In this document: positions 25,619 to 32,000 of the stretch, one piece after another | How the letters are laid out: each line of letters starts with the position of its first letter | How positions within the stretch are numbered: position 1 is the first letter of the stretch | Assembly (NCBI RefSeq): GCF_000196355.1 | Contig: NC_007614.1 | Location: forward strand, 2,160,001 to 2,192,000 | DNA: 32,000 nucleotides | Reading direction: 5' to 3' | From: Nitrosospira multiformis ATCC 25196 | GTDB taxonomy: Bacteria; Pseudomonadota; Gammaproteobacteria; Burkholderiales; Nitrosomonadaceae | The notes under the pieces: model-generated | What the model was told of the DNA's origin: nothing | The model's database searches: none | What the model saw: only the letters and a program-made list of their open reading frames with translations | Position numbers and translations under genes: made by a program

Positions 25619-27457
25619 ATGCCAATATCATCATTAAAGGGCACCTGCATCTACAGATATGTTTCTATCGTCGCCATGGCGGCCCTGTTCCACCCGGGAG
25701 TCAGTCTTGCTGGTGGAAACGAAGTCAACTTCTCGCTCACCGATAACCCTGCCCGCTGGTTTGATACCGGCACAACAATTGCCGGCACGCGCTCGCTGGC
25801 CGTGGCAAAACCGGGGGTGCGGGTAAATTTTTCAGGGAATTCAAACACGGTTCACACCCGAACCAGCGTAATTTATCCAACAGGCGCAGCGGGTATGCCG
25901 TTTAACACCCCGCCAAGAAAAAGCGGAGACAGCGTTACCTTGAAAACCCCCGGTTTGTATGTCTTTACCTGCAGTATCCATCCCTACATGCTAGGGGCCG
26001 TCATTGTCGATGACCCGAATACGAGCGGGCTGGATTTGGGGAATTCTATCAGCTTGATCAACGGCATCACGGTTCCAAGCAGCAGTGATCTCGCCACCCG
26101 TTTGCTGCACACCTTCTTTGTCGCGACCAATCCGGCAAACTGGCAGAATTACGCCTCCAATACGCCCTGGCACATCACCTATCCAAATGTGGATGTGCGG
26201 GTGGACATAGGCGTAGTCAATCTACCTACCGTGCTCAATGCCCGCTATGGGAATGATCGCGCCCTGGAGCCTCTCCAGAATCCGGTCATGCCGGCAGTGG
26301 GCGAAGTATGGGTGGCAACGCAGTTCGAAACCGCTTCCGGCAAATCCAAGCCAGGCACGGTCACCGCCGTAAGCGGCGCAACGTGGCAGGTAACTCGAAA
26401 GGTCGCATTGCCGTCGATCAACATGAATAACGCGCACAACATGTGGACCGATAGAAATCAGAATGTCATTTACGCGACCCAATGGTTCGACAGTAAATTG
26501 GCTGTCTATGACCGACAGACAGGAGCATTGATTCGCAATGTGTCGGTAGGAGAAGCGCCGGCTCATGTGATGACGCGGACGGACACCGACGAGCTTCATA
26601 TCACAAACAATGGTGATACGCGGACAGACTCGGTCATGGAACTTGCGCCACTTGCCACCGGAGTGGAGCGGCGTATAGATATCGGGCGGGGAAATGCTCA
26701 TGCCCACTGGATGAGCCATGATGGAAAAAAAATGGTTACCCCGAATGTCCTCACGGGGGATACCACAGAGTATAGCTTCGGCTCGAACAGTGTCGAGTCC
26801 ATTCTGCCCGCGAGCACCCCCTTTGGGCACCCGCTGGCCACGGGAATGATGCCGGATGCCAGCAAGTATTATGTGGCCAACATGCTGGACAACACGATGA
26901 CGGTGGTCAACATGAATACTCATGCCGTTATCAAGACCATCAATCTGATTGCCAACTATAACCCGGTTACCGGCGCGATTACCGGTCCTGTAGGCGCTCT
27001 GCCGATTCAAACTCCTGTCTCTCCGGACGGCAAAAACATGGTGACCGCCAATATGCTCAGCGGGACCATTACCGTGATCGATACTCGTCCCGGCGTACCA
27101 ACTTCAGATGCGGTTGTTGCCATGCTTCCATGTGATCCCGGCTGCCATGGCGTGCAATATGGCGCCAAGCAGGGAGGGGGATACTATGCCTATGTTGCGA
27201 GCAAATTTTCGAATAGATTACTCGTCGTCGATCCCGATCCAAATGGAGATGGGAATCCGTCGGATGCTGTAATTGCAGGAAAAGTAGGACTTTTCGCGTC
27301 TGCCGGAACTCAGCGTGATGCCACCATTACCGGGAATCCGGGGATGGGAGGTCAAGGCGTCCTCCCGGTCCCCGTCATCTACAATGGGTGGGTTCAGAAT
27401 TTACCTGCCGCATGGAAAAGCCAGTTGACAGCTGCTCAACAGAACCCGGCCCAGTAG
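25619..27457 (+). CDS. secreted cupredoxin (amicyanin-like type-1 Cu site) fused to YVTN-type beta-propeller; function unknown
   Basis: ATG 25619 is preceded by AAGGGGA, and there is a Sec signal (IVAMAALFHPGVSLA/GG). The T1Cu ligand set is H79...C118-x2-H121-x2-M124 (TVHT ... FTCSIHPYMLGAVIV). About 450 aa of blade-like repeats follow (YVANMLDNTMTVVNMNT, MVTANMLSGTITVIDT, YAYVASKFSNRLLVVDP). The ORF track start at 25547 is a TTG without RBS. Confidence 0.8.
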   Translation: MPISSLKGTCIYRYVSIVAMAALFHPGVSLAGGNEVNFSLTDNPARWFDTGTTIAGTRSLAVAKPGVRVNFSGNSNTVHTRTSVIYPTGAAGMPFNTPPRKSGDSVTLKTPGLYVFTCSIHPYMLGAVIVDDPNTSGLDLGNSISLINGITVPSSSDLATRLLHTFFVATNPANWQNYASNTPWHITYPNVDVRVDIGVVNLPTVLNARYGNDRALEPLQNPVMPAVGEVWVATQFETASGKSKPGTVTAVSGATWQVTRKVALPSINMNNAHNMWTDRNQNVIYATQWFDSKLAVYDRQTGALIRNVSVGEAPAHVMTRTDTDELHITNNGDTRTDSVMELAPLATGVERRIDIGRGNAHAHWMSHDGKKMVTPNVLTGDTTEYSFGSNSVESILPASTPFGHPLATGMMPDASKYYVANMLDNTMTVVNMNTHAVIKTINLIANYNPVTGAITGPVGALPIQTPVSPDGKNMVTANMLSGTITVIDTRPGVPTSDAVVAMLPCDPGCHGVQYGAKQGGGYYAYVASKFSNRLLVVDPDPNGDGNPSDAVIAGKVGLFASAGTQRDATITGNPGMGGQGVLPVPVIYNGWVQNLPAAWKSQLTAAQQNPAQ

Positions 27458-27506
27458 CAGCTTGTAAGATTATTACCTGGGGTAGAAAACTCCAGGCAAT
27501 GGAAAG

Positions 27507-27533
27507 CGGTGAGATGGCTCGACTGTCTCACCG
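27507..27533 (+). terminator. possible terminator after the cupredoxin-propeller gene
   Basis: 8-bp stem CGGTGAGA/TCTCACCG with an 11-nt loop, 50 nt after the stop. The downstream stretch is only moderately T-rich (GCTCTCTGTATTTCC). Confidence 0.3.
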
Positions 27534-27706
27534 GCTCTCTGTATTTCCTCCTGTTCACATACTAAAAACTGGGATGCACTCAGGCAAGATTGGCCGCAGC
27601 ACCTCGACAGAACTACCTAGATGCCACTGCGACAGCCATCGTCACATCACCCATGCGCCACGCAGGCGACATCCTGTTATCTTCGAGGCAGCTGCAGGCA
27701 CATCGT

Positions 27707-28753
27707 TCAATAGATTCCACCCCCCAGCTGAGACGAGACCAACACCCCGGTTTCAGCTGAAAGGTCATACCGGGTTGTGCCATTTCCCGGACTCGTCCAC
27801 TGGCCGAGATGGAATGATCCCGATCCCGAGAGTCTGTCTACCATGACATTGCGGAAAGTCAGAGGCTGGCCGCTTTGACAGACGGTTGGGGCAATTGTGG
27901 GCCTTAGAAAATATGCCGAGCCGACACCCAGGCGGATTGCAATGCCATTGTCAATCGCCAACGCGGTTTCGACATCCAGACCAATGCCTCGGGCGGATTC
28001 AACGCTCACCCATTGGTCCTGGATGGTACGGGCGAGAAAGGTGAGAAGGCGTCCCATCCGGTCGCGCGTGTCGAGATGCGCATCGGCAATTACCCCATTC
28101 AAGCCAGGCGCAGTCAGAAATTCTCGATCGAGAGTCATGCGACGGTTATAAGGATCGGCCAGCGCATCGTCAGAGTACACCGTGCCGTTCAACGCTACGA
28201 AGTCAAACTGACCCAGAACTGCAAGTCCCGCGCTGGTGCCCCCGATAGGTGCATTGCGACCAATCAGTTCATTAATCGCCGTTTCGAGCGCAGTTCCTTT
28301 CCAGAGATTAATGTAATCACTCTGGTCGCCGCCCGCGATAAACAAAATTTCCGCTTTTTTGATCCGATCGAGCACGAACGGATCGCTGGCGGCCTCACGC
28401 GTCTTTATGACCAGTGTCTCGATGGAATCTATACCGCCCATGTCGTAGACATACTGGTTGTAGCCGTCGGCTCCCCGTACACGGATCACCACAAAGTCGC
28501 CGCCTCCCGCCTTCTGGATCATCCACTTGAATGCAGCGTCCACATCGGGACCTCCGCCCATCAGGAGAGTTGATGGCGATGGTGGCCTTTGCGGCAGGAC
28601 AGCATCAACCGCGTTGCCCGTAAGGTAATATTCGTAGCCTTTGGGCTTGGGCTCTGCCAGAACCCCGAAGGTCATGAAGACCACCGCAGAGGCCAGGGCA
28701 AGGTGTGCAAAAAGCCGCGGGAAGGATTTATTGGCACAATCTCCGGTATCCAT
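27707..28753 (-). CDS. secreted cyanophycinase-like peptidase (S51 family)
   Basis: GAGGGAG RBS and signal peptide (LALASAVVFMTFGVLA/EP). It has the nucleophile elbow GGTSAGLAV, and FIAGGDQ and DAHLDTRDRMGRLLTF blocks matching what I recall of cyanophycinase (GGTSAG; D-x-H-F..R.R..RL). Confidence 0.75.
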   Translation of the reverse strand: MDTGDCANKSFPRLFAHLALASAVVFMTFGVLAEPKPKGYEYYLTGNAVDAVLPQRPPSPSTLLMGGGPDVDAAFKWMIQKAGGGDFVVIRVRGADGYNQYVYDMGGIDSIETLVIKTREAASDPFVLDRIKKAEILFIAGGDQSDYINLWKGTALETAINELIGRNAPIGGTSAGLAVLGQFDFVALNGTVYSDDALADPYNRRMTLDREFLTAPGLNGVIADAHLDTRDRMGRLLTFLARTIQDQWVSVESARGIGLDVETALAIDNGIAIRLGVGSAYFLRPTIAPTVCQSGQPLTFRNVMVDRLSGSGSFHLGQWTSPGNGTTRYDLSAETGVLVSSQLGGGIY

Positions 28754-29189
28754 TATCTCCCTCTAAAGAGAAGGATCGGGCTGAACAGGACCGATCACCT
28801 GTTTTGTTCGAGTAATGTCATTGGCGCCAAAATGCTTTCAAGCGAAAAGAAGATGAAAACAGGGTTTAATTCCGTCCCGGACAGAGTTCATAAAGGAGTA
28901 TAAACATGTTTATGTTAGCAGCTATTCAGCTCATACGCTGCCACAGGCAATGTGGAATACACAGGCGCAACTTCGCCAGGCCTCAATACGCTTGAACAAG
29001 GTACAATTGCAATCATGAGCAATTCAGCAAAATCTGAGCGATAAAAAGTGACATCACCAAATCTTACTGAATATGCATCAATCTCCACCATGAACTATCG
29101 TTTTTTTCAGGAACCGGTTATAGGAATCCATTCCTGATCGAAACTCTCCGATTTTTACTCAGCCGTATTGAAAAGTTAAGCATTAAAGA

Positions 29190-29720
29190 ATGCCGGAAAT
29201 CTCGATCGACCGGTCGAATCGTGCGCAAACAGCCCTTGTATATTTAATCATCCTCGCTGCACTCGCGCTGCTTGGAGGGGTACTGTTGTACTGGACACGC
29301 CTTTGGTTCATCCCCCACCCTCAGCCCAACTTCGAGTCAGGCACGCGTGCGGACGTGGAAGCGGCCGAAGATGTATCGGGTGTGAGTGACCTGTTCGGTA
29401 TTGCACAACGAGAACAATCCTCTATTGCTGTTCCTGTCGGACCTGAGGTCAGGCTGTTCGGGGTTGTCGCCGCTTCCCGGCACGGGCGGGGCTATGCGAT
29501 CCTGCAAGTGGATGGAAGAGAGACGCTTGCGGTGCGCGAAGGTGAAAACATCGCTCCCGGCCTCCAGCTGGCTGAGGTTCACGCCGAACATATTGTCCTG
29601 GAACGTGACGGAATGCGGGAAACACTTGTATTGCAGCGTCAGAATCCGCCTGCAGACCCTGCTCGTCCGGTGGAGACAGACCTGCCTGTCGAGCTTCACG
29701 CGCCGGTCATAACTGAGTGA
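29190..29720 (+). CDS. gspC: GspC-like T2SS protein (TM plus HR domain only; may be annotated GspN in some genomes)
   Basis: 176 aa with a single TM helix (ALVYLIILAALALLGGVLLYW). An HR/PilP-like block follows (LFG...VRLFGVVAA...GYAILQVDGRETLAVREGENIAPGLQLAEVHAEHIVLERDG). It sits immediately upstream of gspD, and no PDZ domain is present. Confidence 0.65.
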   Translation: MPEISIDRSNRAQTALVYLIILAALALLGGVLLYWTRLWFIPHPQPNFESGTRADVEAAEDVSGVSDLFGIAQREQSSIAVPVGPEVRLFGVVAASRHGRGYAILQVDGRETLAVREGENIAPGLQLAEVHAEHIVLERDGMRETLVLQRQNPPADPARPVETDLPVELHAPVITE

Positions 29721-29732
29721 TGTCGTCATCTC

Positions 29733-32000
29733 ATGGGCTACAGAGGTAAAATCGTGCGGCATCGCTCGCTATGTGCAGTTTTTTTATGGATGGCAGTGGC
29801 AGGCTGGGTTACCGAGGCTTGGGCCGTAAATCCCTCTGCCACCCTGCCCGTCGAGGAAATTGGCGTCCCGCCGAGCGTCCTGCCGGAAGCGGATTCCCTG
29901 CGCGCCAGTAAATCCAGGTCTTCTGCCGGTCAGGATCTCGTTACACTCAATTTCGTCAATGCCGATATTGAAGGGGTAGTGAAAGCAGTCAGCGAAATTA
30001 CCCGAAAAAATTTCATGCTCGACCCCCGCGTCAAGGGTACGATCAACATCGTTTCAGCCAAGCCAGTGCCGAGGTCGTCGGTCTACGAAGTATTCCTGTC
30101 GGCACTGCGATTGCATGGATATGCAGTCGTTGAGGATTACGGCATCATCAGGATCGTTCCGGAAAGTGATGCCAAGCTATACCAGGGCCCGACACTTGGT
30201 CCCACGAACAAGCGGCAGCTCGCGGGCGACCGTATCCAGACACAGGTATTCACGCTGCAGTACGAATCCGCGGTGCAGATGGTGCCGATCCTGCGTCCGC
30301 TGATCGCTCCAAACAACAGTATCACTGCAAATCCCAACAGTAACACCCTGGTTATTACAGACTACGCGAGCAATCTCCAACGCCTGGCGAAAATAATTGA
30401 TTCGGTGGATCAGCCAAGTGGAACCGAGCCTGTCTCGATACCCCTTCAGCACGCCTCGGCGATCGATGTCGCGCAAACCGTGAACCGGCTGTTTTCAGAA
30501 TCGACGCAGTCCCAGGCCGAGGGCGCCGCGGACCCCACCCAGCAGCGTTTCACAGTCGTCGCCGACGCCCGCTCGAATACCCTCCTTGCACGCTCCGGAA
30601 ACCGGGCAGCGCTTGCGCGTCTGCGCCAGCTGGTAACAGTGCTCGATTCTCCCACCAGCGCTGCCGGCAACATGCACGTCGTCTTTCTCAAGAATGCCGA
30701 TGCAGTCAGGCTTGCCGAAACCCTCAGGGCGATCTATCACAACATGGCGTCCCCGGTTTCCTCATCTTCGGGACTGAGCCAGGGCACCGGCACAGCTTTT
30801 GGAACATCTTCCCTGGGTACATCCACCGGCGGGGGGATGGGTGCCTCGTCAGGCACCTCAACAGGGGGGTCGATGGGCACTTCCATGCCCGGTTCCAGCC
30901 TTGGTGCGGGGACTGTTCCCGCTGCTTCCACCGTCACCCCGGCTCCGATGCAAACTGGCGCAACTTCCGCCACCCCCGGCATCATTCAGGCGGATGCAGC
31001 CACCAACTCGATCATTATTACTGCCCCGGATGCTATTTATAATAATTTGCGCGCGGTGGTGGAGAAGCTCGACGTGCGCCGCGTGCAGGTTTATATTGAA
31101 GCGCTGATTGCCGAAATCACTGCCGACAGAGCCGCGGAATTCGGCATCCAGTGGCAGAATCTGAGCAATGCCGCGCAAGGTGGCACCCAGGTTTTCGGTG
31201 GCACCAACTTCAATGCCGGCACTGCCGGAGGCGGCAGTATCATCTCCACCGCCCAGAATCCGATAGCGAATGCAGCCTCCGGTCTGACTATCGGCATCAT
31301 GAATGGCCTTGTCACGGCTATTCCCGGCATCGGCCCTGTTCTCAACATTCATACGCTCATCCGCGCGCTGGAAACGGATGCCAATGCCAACATTCTTTCC
31401 ACCCCCACCCTGCTGACACTGAATAACGAAGAAGCCAGGATCATCATCGGGCAGAACGTTCCGATTCCCACCGGCCAATTCATTCCGCCAGTAGGAGGCG
31501 CCGTTACCTCCCCGTTTCAAACCGTTTCACGCCAGGACGTGGGACTATCATTGAAGATCAAGCCCCTTATCTCGGAAGGCAATACTGTCCGTGTGCAGAT
31601 TTTTCAGGAAGTCTCGAGCGTCGTTCCTGGCACGGTCAACGCCACCAACGGGTTGATTACCAACAAACGCTCGATAGAATCGACAGTGCTGGTTGACGAC
31701 GGGCAGATTCTCGTGCTCGGCGGTCTGATGCAGGATTCGGTAAATGACTCGGTTGAAAGAATTCCACTGGTCGGGGCGATTCCGCTGTTCGGACAATTGT
31801 TCAGTTACAACAAGCGCTCACGCAACAAAACCAATCTGATGGTATTCCTGCGGCCGACGCTGATGCGCGCGGGCGACGCCGCCGATCCGCTTTCTGACGC
31901 ACAGTACGATCGGGTGCTGGGCGAACAGAAAAAAGTGAGACCCAAGTTTAATCTTGTGCTTCCGGATATGGAATCGCCTACTTTGCCGCCGCGTCAACCA
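29733..32000 (+). CDS. gspD: type II secretion system secretin GspD (3' end beyond window)
   Basis: The frame is open from ATG 29733 to the window end (756 codons, no stop), so it is absent from the ORF track. It has a signal peptide (VFLWMAVAGWVTEAWA/VN), an N0 motif VTLNFVNADIEGVVKAVSEITRKNF, and repeated N-domains. The secretin core is present (LSTPTLLTLNNEEARIIIGQNVP, ITNKRSIESTVLVDDGQILVLGGL, IPLVGAIPLFGQLF). Confidence 0.92.
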   Translation, partial: MGYRGKIVRHRSLCAVFLWMAVAGWVTEAWAVNPSATLPVEEIGVPPSVLPEADSLRASKSRSSAGQDLVTLNFVNADIEGVVKAVSEITRKNFMLDPRVKGTINIVSAKPVPRSSVYEVFLSALRLHGYAVVEDYGIIRIVPESDAKLYQGPTLGPTNKRQLAGDRIQTQVFTLQYESAVQMVPILRPLIAPNNSITANPNSNTLVITDYASNLQRLAKIIDSVDQPSGTEPVSIPLQHASAIDVAQTVNRLFSESTQSQAEGAADPTQQRFTVVADARSNTLLARSGNRAALARLRQLVTVLDSPTSAAGNMHVVFLKNADAVRLAETLRAIYHNMASPVSSSSGLSQGTGTAFGTSSLGTSTGGGMGASSGTSTGGSMGTSMPGSSLGAGTVPAASTVTPAPMQTGATSATPGIIQADAATNSIIITAPDAIYNNLRAVVEKLDVRRVQVYIEALIAEITADRAAEFGIQWQNLSNAAQGGTQVFGGTNFNAGTAGGGSIISTAQNPIANAASGLTIGIMNGLVTAIPGIGPVLNIHTLIRALETDANANILSTPTLLTLNNEEARIIIGQNVPIPTGQFIPPVGGAVTSPFQTVSRQDVGLSLKIKPLISEGNTVRVQIFQEVSSVVPGTVNATNGLITNKRSIESTVLVDDGQILVLGGLMQDSVNDSVERIPLVGAIPLFGQLFSYNKRSRNKTNLMVFLRPTLMRAGDAADPLSDAQYDRVLGEQKKVRPKFNLVLPDMESPTLPPRQP

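Noticed and set aside
26222-27010. 262-aa ORF antisense to the propeller gene
   Set aside because: It is a shadow ORF. The plus frame has the signal peptide, Cu site and repeat structure.
27131-27148. CDPGCH in the propeller protein as a possible c-type heme site
   Set aside because: The canonical motif is CxxCH and this is Cx3CH. No cytochrome-like context is present. It is more likely a disulfide or part of a metal site, and is worth a look only within the structural model.
30858-31520. 220-aa ORF antisense to gspD (plus 30737-30985 and 30799-31107)
   Set aside because: The plus frame from 29733 is open to the window end and encodes an unmistakable secretin.
1-32000. Scan for tRNA, rRNA, tmRNA, CRISPR arrays, IS elements with inverted repeats, integrases and toxin-antitoxin pairs
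   Set aside because: Nothing convincing was seen by eye in any intergenic region. The only long repeat is the S8 gene duplication. A tRNAscan, Infernal or ISfinder run would be needed to be certain.

Overview
Chromosomal segment with moderate GC. Gene content and synteny look betaproteobacterial; a Nitrosomonadales-like host is only a guess. 0-11.7 kb is mostly housekeeping: rmuC, a DUF488 gene, a secreted TPR protein, an EI24-like membrane protein, cysS, a translationally coupled TPR/Cds6 protein plus YkuD L,D-transpeptidase, and ppiA-ppiB. A small two-gene insert (DUF5675-like plus a Cys-rich secreted protein) sits next to cysS. From 11.7 kb the window becomes accessory and secretome-rich. 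It holds three PEP-CTERM (exosortase-cargo type) genes, an M48 lipoprotein protease, and two 1.9-kb paralogous S8 subtilases with tandem Ig-like C-termini. The DNA of the two subtilase genes is a mosaic of near-identical and diverged blocks at a 4.41-kb offset. 20.4-25.3 kb is a tightly overlapped gspG-H-I-J-K-L-M operon on the minus strand. A gspC-like gene and gspD (cut by the window end) lie at 29.2-32.0 kb on the plus strand. Two signal-peptide-bearing enzyme genes sit between these T2SS halves, each sharing a divergent promoter region with one half. One is an amicyanin-like type-1 copper domain fused to a His-rich YVTN-type beta-propeller (the most interesting single gene here). The other is a cyanophycinase-like S51 peptidase. 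A 700-nt non-coding stretch between gspM and the second subtilase contains a hairpin-rich, GGA-rich element that may be an sRNA or leader. I saw no rRNA, tRNA, CRISPR array, IS element or integrase. All family assignments come from motif recognition by eye, not from database searches.
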